A stretch of DNA of 64,000 nucleotides from Arenicellales bacterium (GTDB lineage Bacteria; Pseudomonadota; Gammaproteobacteria; Arenicellales; Poriferihabitantaceae): assembly GCA_963457535.1 (NCBI GenBank), contig OY734803.1, positions 489,398 through 553,397 on the forward strand, written 5' to 3'. The notes under the pieces were generated by a model. It searched no databases and was not told where the DNA came from. It saw only the letters and a list, made by a program, of their open reading frames with translations. This document shows positions 51,898 to 62,000 of this stretch, piece after piece. Numbering within the stretch: the first letter of the stretch is position 1; every line of letters begins with the position of its first letter. The position numbers and the translations under genes are program-made.

Positions 51898-52779
51898 TTA
51901 ATCGGCCGTGGCGCCGGCCCCCTTCATCGCCGCGCCGACTTCGGCGTGGTGCCGCTCCGACAGCCAGGTCAGCGGCAGGCGAATGCCGCGGTGCGCGAAG
52001 CCGAGTTGCGACACCGCCCACTTCGCCGGAATCGGATTGGACTCGCGAAACAACGCGGCATGCAGCGGGTCCAGCGCGCGGTTGATGCGCGCCGCCTCGT
52101 CCAGGTCGCCGCGCAATGCGGCGTCGCACATCTCGCGCATCTGTTTCGGCGCGGCGTTGGCGGTGACCGAGATGCAGCCGTCGCCGCCGGCTTTCAGCAA
52201 TTCCAAAGTGGTCGCGTCGTCGCCGGAATAAATCGCAAAGTCCTTTCCGCAGCGGCGGCGCAATTCGCCGACGCGCGGGATGTCGCCGGTCGCGTCCTTG
52301 ATGCCGGTGATGTTCGGGATTTCGGAGAGTTGCGCGACCGTGTCGTTTTCCATGTCCAGCGCGGTGCGCGACGGAACATTGTAGAGAATCTGCGCGACAT
52401 CGGCGCCCTCGGCGAGCGCGCGAAAGTGCAGGTAGAGGCCGTGCTGCGTCGGCTTGTTGTAATACGGCACCACCAGCAGGCAGGCGGCGACGCCGAGCGC
52501 GGCCGCGCGCGAAGTGAGTTCCAGCGCCTCGCTGGTGGAGTTGGCGCCGCTGCCGGCGATGACCGGCAGCCGTCCGTCCGCGAATTCCACGGTGCGCCGA
52601 ATGACTTCAATCTGCTCGTCCACATTCAGCGTCGCCGACTCGCCCGAAGTGCCGACCGAGACGATGGCGGCGGTGCCGCTGTCCGCGTGAAAATCCACGA
52701 GACGGCGCAGGTTTTCAAAATCAATGCGGCCGTCTTCATGCATCGGCGTGATCAGCGCGACTATGCTGCCCTTAATCAT
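51898..52779 (-). CDS. dapA: 4-hydroxy-tetrahydrodipicolinate synthase
   Basis: 293 aa. GSIVALITPM, VGTSGESATL, YNVPSRT, and the active-site Lys context ITGIKDATGD. Confidence 0.95.
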   Translation of the reverse strand: MIKGSIVALITPMHEDGRIDFENLRRLVDFHADSGTAAIVSVGTSGESATLNVDEQIEVIRRTVEFADGRLPVIAGSGANSTSEALELTSRAAALGVAACLLVVPYYNKPTQHGLYLHFRALAEGADVAQILYNVPSRTALDMENDTVAQLSEIPNITGIKDATGDIPRVGELRRRCGKDFAIYSGDDATTLELLKAGGDGCISVTANAAPKQMREMCDAALRGDLDEAARINRALDPLHAALFRESNPIPAKWAVSQLGFAHRGIRLPLTWLSERHHAEVGAAMKGAGATAD

Positions 52780-52903
52780 TGCAGTGCCTCATTAATGTTC
52801 ATCGGTGCCGGCGGCGATTGTAGCACCGCCGCGCCCGAGCGTCATCGTCATGCGGCGGCGGCGCGTGCTATCATCGCGCGAAAATTTTTTCGCCCGGCCC
52901 CTC

Positions 52904-53638
52904 ATGGAAAACCAACCTCCGCTGCAAATCGGCTTGTTGCTCTGCGACGATGTCATTGAATCGGCGCGCGCGCGCTACGGCGATTATGCGCGGATGTTTC
53001 GCCGCGGCCTGCGCGCCGGGGGAAACGACGCCGAATTGACCGCGTTCAACTGCCATCTCGGCGAGTTCCCGCGCGCGCCGGAGGAATTTGACGCGTATTT
53101 GATTTCCGGGTCGCGCAACGGCGCGTATGAAAAATTGGACTGGATTTCGCAACTGTGCGAGTTCGTGCGGGGTTGTTACGCGCAGCGCAAAAAAACCGTC
53201 GGCATTTGCTTCGGCCACCAGTTGATCGCGCACGCGCTCGGCGGCGAGGCGCGCAAGGCCGAGGCCGGCTGGGGCGCGGGCATTCATGCGAGCCGCATCA
53301 TAGAGCGCGCCGCGTGGATGGAAGACGATTCCGATTCGGCGCAATACAATTTGGTGGTGCTGCATCAGGACCAGGTGGTGTCGCTGCCGCCCGGGTTTCG
53401 CGTTCTGGCGGCGAACGACTTCTGCCCGGTCAGCATGTTTGAAGACGAAGTCAATGGCGCGGCGCTCGGCATTCAGGGGCACCCGGAATTTGACAAAGCG
53501 TATTGCGCGTTTCGCATAGACGCGCGCAAGGATTTGTTCGGGCCCGCGCTGCACCGCGCGTCTCTGGATTCGCTGGAAAAAATGGAATTGGATTCGGCGC
53601 GCGTATGGCGCTGGGTCGCGAGTTTTCTGCGCCACTGA
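52904..53638 (+). CDS. class-I glutamine amidotransferase-like protein
   Basis: ATG 52904. Nucleophile elbow GICFGHQLIAHALGG and GHPEF (His/Glu). 244 aa. Confidence 0.75.
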   Translation: MENQPPLQIGLLLCDDVIESARARYGDYARMFRRGLRAGGNDAELTAFNCHLGEFPRAPEEFDAYLISGSRNGAYEKLDWISQLCEFVRGCYAQRKKTVGICFGHQLIAHALGGEARKAEAGWGAGIHASRIIERAAWMEDDSDSAQYNLVVLHQDQVVSLPPGFRVLAANDFCPVSMFEDEVNGAALGIQGHPEFDKAYCAFRIDARKDLFGPALHRASLDSLEKMELDSARVWRWVASFLRH

Positions 53639-53666
53639 CGCGGCTGCGCGGGCGGGGAACGCAAAA

Positions 53667-54266
53667 ATGGCCTGGATTGCGCTGCTGCGCCACGGCATCA
53701 CCGAGTGGAATGAACGCGGGGTCATTCAGGGGCGCAGGGACATTCCGCTGAGCGCGCGCGGCGTGAAAACCCTCAAGCAAGCGCGGCCGGCGCCGGCGTT
53801 TTTGTCGGCGCAATGGATGTGCAGTCCGCTGCAACGCGCGACGCAGACCGCGGAAATTTTAAATCCGCATGCGCGCGCGCAAACCGAAGACGCCCTGATA
53901 GAAACCGACTGGGGCGAATTTGAAGGCATTCGCCGCGACCGGCTGAAAGCGCGCATTCGCGAACTCGGCATCACGCCGCCGCGCGGCCTGGACTTCGCGC
54001 CGCCGGGCGGCGAGAGCCCGCGCGCGGTGCGGCGGCGAATGCTGCGCTGGCTGCAAACCCGCGCCGACGCGCCGGGCGGCACCGTGGCGGTCACGCACAA
54101 AGGCGTGATTCGCAGCGCGCTGAGCGCGGCCTGCGACTGGGACATGCGCGAAGACTTTCACCATAAGGCCGACTGGTCGCTGCCGCATGTGTTTTGTTTT
54201 TCGCACGGCGCGCTGCAACTCGCGCGGCTGAATTGCCCGTGGGACGAGCCGCCCGGCCCCAGCTAA
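53667..54266 (+). CDS. histidine phosphatase family protein (phosphoglycerate mutase / CobC-like)
   Basis: N-terminal RHG motif (IALLRHGITEWN) and a downstream H in VAVTHKGVIR. 199 aa. Confidence 0.75.
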   Translation: MAWIALLRHGITEWNERGVIQGRRDIPLSARGVKTLKQARPAPAFLSAQWMCSPLQRATQTAEILNPHARAQTEDALIETDWGEFEGIRRDRLKARIRELGITPPRGLDFAPPGGESPRAVRRRMLRWLQTRADAPGGTVAVTHKGVIRSALSAACDWDMREDFHHKADWSLPHVFCFSHGALQLARLNCPWDEPPGPS

Positions 54267-54270
54267 ATTC

Positions 54271-54927
54271 TCACCATTCGCCGCGCGCATAGCGCGCCAG
54301 CGCGGCGTTGATGTTGCGCCGCGCCGCAGCCTCGCAGCGTTCGTAAAAAAACGCGGTGGAAAAAATCCGCTCGCGCTCCAGCAGCGTCCGCAAAAACTTC
54401 CCCTGCCGGCGCGTGTATTCGGCGTCGCTCAAGTTCGCCGACTCTTTGCGGATGTTGCGCCCGTCGCGCCAGAACATTTCCGCGTCCATGCCGAGTCCGC
54501 TAAGGTCCACATCCACCACCAATTTCGCGTCGGCGTCGCGCGGCGGCGCGCGGTGGGCCGTGTCCAGAATATGCCGCTGCACGCGCTCGCGCAATTCCGG
54601 CGCGCACCCATCCGCTTTCGCGGCGAACCATTCGGCGCTTTGCGCTTCGTTGTCGCACGCGCCGATTTCATAAATCACATCGTGAAACCAAACCGCCAAC
54701 TCGGCCGCGTCCGCGTCCTGCGGCGGAGATTCGGCCGAGGCCAAATCCATGCGCGCCAGGCATTCGCCGATGTGCGCTTCGGTGTGGTAGTGGCGGTGCG
54801 GCTCGCGGTAGCGCGCCGCCAACTCGGCGAACAGCGCGCGCGCCGCGCCGGCATCGGCGCCGGCGGCGCGCCGCCACACGCGGCAAAAACGCGCCTCGCA
54901 AAACTCGGCATGCCCGTGCGTGTCCAT
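54271..54927 (-). CDS. HD-superfamily-like hypothetical protein (COG4339-like)
   Basis: ATG 54927. Paired His/Asp motifs YHTEAHIGECL and WFHDVIY, typical of this uncharacterised predicted phosphohydrolase family. Confidence 0.5.
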   Translation of the reverse strand: MDTHGHAEFCEARFCRVWRRAAGADAGAARALFAELAARYREPHRHYHTEAHIGECLARMDLASAESPPQDADAAELAVWFHDVIYEIGACDNEAQSAEWFAAKADGCAPELRERVQRHILDTAHRAPPRDADAKLVVDVDLSGLGMDAEMFWRDGRNIRKESANLSDAEYTRRQGKFLRTLLERERIFSTAFFYERCEAAARRNINAALARYARGEW

Positions 54928-55003
54928 CGCGCAAGTGTAACCGCTGCGCGGCCGGCGCGCCGGGCCGGTTATACTGCGCCTCCCTCCCCCACCGGAACCG
55001 AAA

Positions 55004-55795
55004 ATGATCGTTGAACAAATCTGGACCGGCAACGCCTACCGCAACTTCAACTACCTGATCGCCTGCCCGCAGACCGGCGAGGCGCTCGCGGTGGATCCGC
55101 TGGACCACAAAAAGTGCCTGGACTTGGCGCGCGAACGCAACTGGGAGATTCGCCAGGTGCTGAACACCCACGAGCACGACGACCACACCGGCGGCAATCA
55201 AAAAGTGATCGCGGCGACCGGCGCGAAATTGCTCGCGCATGCCGGCGCCGGCGGCGCCATCCCCGGCATTGACCGCGGCCTGTCGGCCGGCGACACGGTG
55301 CGCGTCGGCGCGAGCGTGGAATTGCGCGCGCTGGACACGCCCGGGCACACCATGAGCCACATCTGCCTGCTGTCGGAGAGCGATCCGCCGGCGCTGTTCT
55401 GCGGCGACACGCTGTTCAACGCCGGCGCCGGCAACTGCCACAACGGCGGGCATCCGGCCGAGTTGTATCAAACCTTCATTCAACAACTCGCCGAATTGCC
55501 GGACGACTGCCGCATTTACCCGGGGCACGAATACCTGGAGGGAAATTTGCGCTTCACGCTGGACCGCGAACCGGGCAACCGCGCGGCCGCCGAGTTGCTG
55601 GCGACCGCGCAGTCGCAGGACCCGCAGCGCGCGCTGGTGACCACGATGGCGCGGGAAAAAGAAATCAACACCTTTTTCCGGCTGCAGAATCCCGAGGTGA
55701 TTGAGCAACTGCGCGCGAAGTTTCCGGAGTTGGAAAAATCGCCGAACCGCGAGACGGTGTTTTTGAAACTGCGCGAGTTGCGGAACGACTGGTAG
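55004..55795 (+). CDS. gloB: hydroxyacylglutathione hydrolase (glyoxalase II), MBL fold
   Basis: HxHxDH motif NTHEHDDHTGG, TPGHTMSHICLL, FCGDTLFNAGAGN, YPGHEYLEGNLRF. C-terminal glyoxalase II region INTFFRL. Confidence 0.8.
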   Translation: MIVEQIWTGNAYRNFNYLIACPQTGEALAVDPLDHKKCLDLARERNWEIRQVLNTHEHDDHTGGNQKVIAATGAKLLAHAGAGGAIPGIDRGLSAGDTVRVGASVELRALDTPGHTMSHICLLSESDPPALFCGDTLFNAGAGNCHNGGHPAELYQTFIQQLAELPDDCRIYPGHEYLEGNLRFTLDREPGNRAAAELLATAQSQDPQRALVTTMAREKEINTFFRLQNPEVIEQLRAKFPELEKSPNRETVFLKLRELRNDW

Positions 55796-55815
55796 CGCGC
55801 CGCCCCCCCTCGTAA

Positions 55816-56886
55816 TTACCCGCCGAGGCAGCCGCGCAGCGAATCGGCGAGCGCGCGCATCAGCGCAAACCACGCGCCGTCGCCCGGGTCAAGTTTTGCG
55901 CCGAGCGGGTCCAGCACCGCGGTGCGCATGCCGCTGTCCGCGGCGAGCGAGGCCGCCATGTCCGGCTGGAATTGCGGCTCGCTGAAAATGCAGCGAACGC
56001 CGCGCTTCGCCACCAATTGCCGAATGCGGCGCATATGCGCGGCGCCGGGCGGCAGATTCGGATTTGCGCGGATCATCGCGGCCGGCTGCAGACCGAACTC
56101 CTCCTCAAAGTAGCGGTAGGCGTCGTGGAAGACCACATAGGGAGCGTCGGCAATCGCGCGCAACTCGCGCTGCAACTCGCGCCGCAATTCCGCAATGCGC
56201 TGCGACAACGCGCGCGCATTTTTTTGATAACGCGCGGCATTTTCCGGGTCCAGGCGCGCCAACTCGTTCGCGGCTATGCGCGCAATCGCCTGCGCATTGG
56301 CGGCGGACATCCAGATGTGCGGGTCGTTGGGGCCGTGGTCGTGTTCGTCGTGCCCGGCGTGTTCGTCATGCTCATCGTGCCCATGCTCGTCATGTTCGTC
56401 ATGTTCCGCATGCTCGTCATGCTTGTCATGCCCATGCTCATCATGTTCATCATGTTCATCGTGTTCGTCATGCTCCGCATGCTCGTCATGGTGGTCCTCG
56501 TGTCCGCCGTGGCGGGCCGGAAACAATTGCATTTCCTCCCGCTCCATCAGCGTCACTACGCGCGCGCCGCGCTGCGCGGCGATGACTTTCCCCAGCGATT
56601 CTTCCAGCGAGGGACCGACCCAAAAGATCAAATCGGCGCGCGCCATCGCCTTGCGCTGCGACGGCTTCAGAATGGCGTGATGCGGCGACTGCCCGGCTTC
56701 AAACAGCAGTTTCGGCTCGCCGGCGCCGGCCATCACCGCCGACACCAGCGAATGCACCGGCAGCAGCGAGACCGCCACTTCGGGCGCGGCGCGCGCCGCC
56801 GGCGCGGCGAGAGTGAGCGCGAGGGCGGCAAAAATCCATTGGAATTTCGCGGGAAGTTTCAGGGGGTTTTTCATGGGGAATTTCAT
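55816..56886 (-). CDS. znuA: zinc ABC transporter periplasmic binding protein with long His/Asp/Glu-rich loop
   Basis: Signal peptide. ZnuA/cluster-9 SBP pattern (DPHIWMS, VVFHDAYRYF). A 65-aa H/D/E loop. GGAGA SD 6 nt upstream of ATG 56886. Divergent from zur-znuCB. Confidence 0.85.
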   Translation of the reverse strand: MKFPMKNPLKLPAKFQWIFAALALTLAAPAARAAPEVAVSLLPVHSLVSAVMAGAGEPKLLFEAGQSPHHAILKPSQRKAMARADLIFWVGPSLEESLGKVIAAQRGARVVTLMEREEMQLFPARHGGHEDHHDEHAEHDEHDEHDEHDEHGHDKHDEHAEHDEHDEHGHDEHDEHAGHDEHDHGPNDPHIWMSAANAQAIARIAANELARLDPENAARYQKNARALSQRIAELRRELQRELRAIADAPYVVFHDAYRYFEEEFGLQPAAMIRANPNLPPGAAHMRRIRQLVAKRGVRCIFSEPQFQPDMAASLAADSGMRTAVLDPLGAKLDPGDGAWFALMRALADSLRGCLGG

Positions 56887-56915
56887 CGATCGTCTCCGGG
56901 TAGGATTGGGAAAAG

Positions 56916-56930
56916 TGTTATATCATAACA
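56916..56930. promoter_or_regulatory. Zur box (palindrome TGTTATatcATAACA)
   Basis: Perfect 6-3-6 inverted repeat matching the core of the proteobacterial Zur operator. It lies in the znuA / zur-znuCB divergent intergenic region. Confidence 0.65.
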
Positions 56931-56965
56931 TAACAACTTCACCTAGCAACCCCGGGGAGAATTTG

Positions 56966-57424
56966 ATGCGAAATCGACACAACCACGCCCGCTGCATTTC
57001 CGCGGCGATGGCCGGCGCCGACGAGGTGTGCCGGCGCAAGGGGCTGCGCTTCACGCGCATCCGCCGCCGCGTGCTGGAATTGATCTGGCGCAGCCACCGC
57101 CCGACGCCGGCCTACGCGCTGCTGCGGCAATTGCGCCGCGAAAAACGCAACGCCGAGCCGCCGACCGTGTATCGCGCGCTGGATTTTCTGCTGGAGCATT
57201 CGCTCGCGCACAAAATTGAATCGCTGAACGCCTATGTCGGCTGCTCGCGCCCGAGCGGGCGGCACGGCGGGCAATTCCTGATTTGCAGCGGCTGCCAGCA
57301 AGTCGCGGAATTGGACGACCCGGATTTGCGGCGCATCATCGCGGCGAAAGCCGCGCGCGCCGGATTGGAAGCGGCGCGCCAGACCGTGGAAATCACCGGA
57401 CGATGCCCGGAGTGCCGCGCATGA
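56966..57424 (+). CDS. zur: zinc uptake regulator, Fur family
   Basis: ATG 56966 with GGGGAGA upstream. Winged-helix region (TRIRRRVLELIW ... PTVYRALDFL). CxxC pairs (CSGCQQV, CPECRA). 152 aa. Confidence 0.8.
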   Translation: MRNRHNHARCISAAMAGADEVCRRKGLRFTRIRRRVLELIWRSHRPTPAYALLRQLRREKRNAEPPTVYRALDFLLEHSLAHKIESLNAYVGCSRPSGRHGGQFLICSGCQQVAELDDPDLRRIIAAKAARAGLEAARQTVEITGRCPECRA

Positions 57425-58215
57425 ACATGCGCATGAAAACTGAGGGGGAAGACGCGCCGCTCCTCCGCCTGTCGCGCGTCTCTTACCGCCGCAACGGCCG
57501 GGAAATCCTGCAGGACATCAGTTTGTCGGTGCGCGCCGGCGAAATCGTCACGCTCATTGGGCCGAACGGCGCCGGCAAAACCACGCTCGCCTCCATCGCG
57601 CTCGGGCTGCGGCGGCCCGACAGCGGCGCGGTTGAGCGGCGGCGCGGGTTGCGCCTCGGATATGTGCCGCAGAAAATCGCGATTGACCGCGCGCTGCCGC
57701 TGACGGTGCGCAGGTTTTTGCAACTTGAACCGCCGCATGCAAATCTGACGCCGGCGCATGCGCTTGCGCAGGCCGGCGCGCCGGAGGAATTATTGCACGC
57801 GCCGATGCAGTCCATCTCCGGCGGCGAAACGCGCCGCGTGCTGCTGGCGCGCGCGCTGTTGCGCGAGCCGGACTTGCTGATTCTGGACGAGCCGAGCGCC
57901 GGCATGGATTTGAGCGGGCAGGCCGAACTCTACCGCCTGATTCGCGGCATTCGCGAACACAAGCGCGCGCATATGGACGGGGGCGGGCGTTGCGGCGTGC
58001 TGCTGATCTCGCACGACCTCCACATGGTCATGGCCGCGACCGACCGCGTGTTCTGCCTGAACCGCCACATGTGCTGCAGCGGCCGCCCGGAAAGCGTCCG
58101 CCGCCACCCGCAATTTCTCCGCTTGTTCGGCGCGCACGAGGGACTCGCGGTCTACCAGCACCACCACGACCACGAGCACGACCTGCATGGCGGCGCCGCG
58201 CCGCCGCGCCGGTGA
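57421..58215 (+). CDS. znuC: zinc ABC transporter ATP-binding protein with His-rich C-terminus
   Basis: ATG 57421 overlaps the zur stop (ATGA). Walker A GPNGAGKTT, SGGETRRVLLARAL, Walker B LILDEPSAGMD. Tail YQHHHDHEHDLH. Confidence 0.85.
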   Translation: MNMRMKTEGEDAPLLRLSRVSYRRNGREILQDISLSVRAGEIVTLIGPNGAGKTTLASIALGLRRPDSGAVERRRGLRLGYVPQKIAIDRALPLTVRRFLQLEPPHANLTPAHALAQAGAPEELLHAPMQSISGGETRRVLLARALLREPDLLILDEPSAGMDLSGQAELYRLIRGIREHKRAHMDGGGRCGVLLISHDLHMVMAATDRVFCLNRHMCCSGRPESVRRHPQFLRLFGAHEGLAVYQHHHDHEHDLHGGAAPPRR

Positions 58216-59018
58216 TGCCGGACGAATTCCTGATTCGCGCGGTTCTCGGCGGACTCGGCGTGGCGCTGGTCTGCGGACCGCTCGGCTGTTTGGTGGTGTG
58301 GCAGCGCATGGCGTTTTTCGGCGCGGCGCTGTCGCATGCCGCGCTGCTCGGAGTCGCCCTCGGTTTGTTTTTGCGCGTCAATTTGCAGTTGGCAATTCTG
58401 CTGGTCTCGCTCGCCGTGTCCGCGCTCCTCATGTTAATGAGCAGGCGGCGCGACATCGGCGTTGACACCCTGCTCGGCATCCTCGCCCACGCCGCGCTCG
58501 CCTTCGGGCTGCTCCTTTTGACGCTGCTGCCCGGCGTGCGCATAGACCTCGCCGCCTATTTGTTCGGCGACATCCTCGCCATCAGCCGCGCCGACCTCGT
58601 CTGGATTTTCGCCGGCGGTTGCGGCGCGCTGCTGGCGCTCGCCGCGATTTGGCGGCCGATGCTGTCGCTGATTGCGCAGCGCGATCTGGCGCGAATCGCC
58701 GGCACCGACGAGCGGCGCGCGCGCGCGCTGTTTTTGCTGCTGCTGAGCGTAACCGTCGCGGTCTCCATGCAAGTGGTCGGCATTTTGCTCATCGTTTCCA
58801 TGCTGCTCATTCCGGCCGCGACCGCGCGGCATTTCGCCAGATCGCCGGAGAGCATGGCGCTGCTCGCCGCGCTTTTCGCTGCGCTGGCGGTGCTCGGCGG
58901 AATCGCGCTTTCGCTGTGGATGGACACGCCGGCCGGCGCGTCCATCGTGGCGGTCGGGGCAGCCGGGTTTGCCGCGGCCGCGGTTTGCGCCGGGCGGCGC
59001 CCCTCCCCGCCCGGCTAA
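58215..59018 (+). CDS. znuB: zinc ABC transporter permease
   Basis: ATG 58215 overlaps the znuC stop (TGATG). Multi-TM ZnuB/ABC-3 pattern (GPLGCLVVWQRMAFFGAALSHAAL). 267 aa. Confidence 0.85.
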   Translation: MPDEFLIRAVLGGLGVALVCGPLGCLVVWQRMAFFGAALSHAALLGVALGLFLRVNLQLAILLVSLAVSALLMLMSRRRDIGVDTLLGILAHAALAFGLLLLTLLPGVRIDLAAYLFGDILAISRADLVWIFAGGCGALLALAAIWRPMLSLIAQRDLARIAGTDERRARALFLLLLSVTVAVSMQVVGILLIVSMLLIPAATARHFARSPESMALLAALFAALAVLGGIALSLWMDTPAGASIVAVGAAGFAAAAVCAGRRPSPPG

Positions 59019-59099
59019 TTCCGCGGCGATTTTGGTAATATACGCGCGCGGGTTCGCGGCAATTCCGCCGGCGGACGCTTCCATTGCGAGGTGAAACAA

Positions 59100-62000
59100 A
59101 TGAACATTAATATGTTGCGGGGGAAGGTTTTTGCGTCCGTGTTGGTTGCGCTTGCGGCGGTGTTTGGCGCGTCTTCGGCGGCGGCGCAACTCGTGAGCAA
59201 GCCGACCAATCCGGCGCTGATGCCGACTCCGGGCAGTGAAACTACTTCGCTGACTTTCACTTGGACGCCGGCGCGGGAATTCGGCAGTAATGTCTCTAAT
59301 TACATTGTCCACTTGCGTGAAAAGGGCGATGCATGGCCCGCCGACGGGGACAAAAACAACGTGCCCGAAGGCGTCACAATGACCGGCGGCAGTTTCGGTT
59401 CATTCAAATGGCAGACGTTTACCTGGGAATACATCAGTCCTGAACAGGATGACGCGCTCGCTTTCACCGGACTGCAGCCGGCCACGACCTATGAAGCGCG
59501 CATTCGCGGGGTCGGGGATGACTTTGATACAAGCGCTTGGTCGGACACGGCGCAAAGCGCAACCGAGGCGCCAAAGGATCTGCCGGGCGCGCCGCAGTCG
59601 GTGACGGCAACCACCGGCAACACCGAACTCCTGGTCGCTTGGGCGGCGCCGGCGGGCGGCGGCACGGTTGTCAACTACCGCGTGCGCTGGAAGTTGGCGA
59701 GCGCGACCAATTTTGCCCCCGCCGACGCCACCACCACCGGCAACAGGGCAACTTCCGCGACCATCACCGGGCTGACAAACGGCAGCGCATACGATGTGGA
59801 AGTTGCCGCCGGAAATTCCAATGGATTCGGCACGGCCGTGACCGTGCAAGCCACGCCGAGCGTGGTCGCGCCGGACGCGCCGCAATCGGCGGCGGCCGCG
59901 CACGGCGACTCCGAACTTCGCGTCTCGTGGGCCGCGCCCGCCAGAAACGGCGGCGCCGCCATTAGCAACTACCGGGTGCGCTGGAAGTTGGCGAGCGCGA
60001 CCAATTTTGCCCCCGGCGACGCCGCCACGGTCGGCGCGACCACCCTCGCCCGAACCATCACCGGGCTGACCAACGGCAGCGCATACGATGTGGAAATCGC
60101 CGCGCAAAACTCCGAAGGATTCGGCGCGGCCGCAACCCTGCAAGAAACGCCGCGCACCGTGTCCAGCGCGCCGCGAACCCCTTCGGCAACGCCCGGCGAC
60201 GGCCGACTTACCCTGTCTTGGATTGGGCCGGCGGACAACGGCGGCGCTCGTATCAACGGCTTCCGCCTGCGCTGGAAATTGGCGAGCGCCGCCGCCTTTG
60301 ACCCGGCTGACACGCGCATCGGCATATTATTCTCTGAAAGGCAGATCACCGGGCTGACAAACGGCGAGACCTACGATGTGGAAATCTCTTTCCGAAATTC
60401 GGAAGGATTCGGCGCGGCCGCGACTCTGCAGGTCACGCTGCCCGGTCCGCCGGGCGCGCCGCAATCGCCGTCGGCAACGCCCGGAAACGCCAGGCTTCAA
60501 GTGGCATGGAGCGCGCCGGCCAGCAACGGCGGCACCGCCATTACCAACTACCGCCTGCGCTGGAAGTTGGCGAGCGCAGCCAATTTTGCCTCCGGCGACA
60601 CGCGCACCGTCGGCGCGTCGGTAACTTCCGCGACCATCACCGGGCTGGCAAACGGCAGCACATACGATGTGGAAATCGCCGCGCAAAACTCCGCGGGATT
60701 CGGCGCGGCCGCGACCGTGCAAGGGGCGCCGAAACCGGTCGCGCCGAGCGCGCCGCAAAATCCGACGGCGACGTCCGGAAACGGCGAATTGCAAATCGCC
60801 TGGAGCGCGCCGGCCGACAACGGCGGCGTCGCGGTTCTCACTTACCGCCTGCGCTGGAAAGACGCCGATGACGCTTCCTTTGCCTCCGGCGATGTCATTC
60901 TGACCGGCGCGGACACGACCACCGCAACCATCACCGGGCTGACCAACCGCGAGACCTACGATGTGGAAATCGCCGCGCAAAACTCCGAAGGATTCGGCGC
61001 GGCCGCGACCCTGCAAGCCACGCCGGCCGTGCCGCCGGGCGCGCCGCAAAATCCGACGGCAACGCCCGGAAACGCCAGACTTCAGGTGGCATGGACCGCG
61101 CCGGCCGACAACGGCGGCGCCGCGATTACCAACTACCGCCTGCGCTGGAAGTTGGCGAGCGCGGCCGCCTTTGCCCCCGGCGACACGCGCACCGTCGGCG
61201 CGGTGACTTCCGCGACCATCACCGGGCTGACAAACGGCAGCACATACGATGTGGAAATCGCCGCGAAAAACTCCGCGGGATTCGGCGCGGTTGCGACCGC
61301 GCAAGGGACGCCGCGCACCACGCCGGGCGGGCTGTCAGCGACGGCGGTAACGCCCGAAAACGCCAAGTTGGAAATCTCATGGAGCGCGCCGCGCAACAAC
61401 GGCGGCGCCGCCATTACCGGCTACCGCGTGCGCTGGAGGTTGGCGAGCGCGCCGGCCTTTGCCCCCGCCGACACGCGCACCACCGGCGCGCTGGACACTT
61501 TCGCAACAATTACCGGACTGACAAACGGCAGCAGATACAATGTGGAAATCGTCGCGCGAAACGCCGCGGGATTCGGCCCGGCCACGAACGTACAGGGAAC
61601 GCCGCGCACCGTGCCGGGCGCGCCGCGAAATCCGACGGCAACGCCGGGAGACGGCGAATTGCAAATCGCCTGGAGCGCGCCGGCATTCAACGGCGGCGCC
61701 GTCATTACCAACTACCGCCTGCGCTGGAAGTTGGCAAGCGCGGCCGCCTTTGCCGGCGGCGACACGCGCACCGTCGGCGCGTCGGTAACTTCCGCCACGA
61801 TCACCGGGCTGGCCAGCGGCAAGACCTACGATGTGCAAATCACCGCGCGAAACTTCGCGGGTTTCGGCGCGGCCGCGACCGTGCAAGGGACGCCGCCGGC
61901 CGTGCCGCCGGGCGCGCCGCAAAATCCGACGGCGACGCCCGGAGACGCCGAACTGCGAATCGCCTGGCGCGCGCCGGACAACGACGGCGGCGGCGCGATT

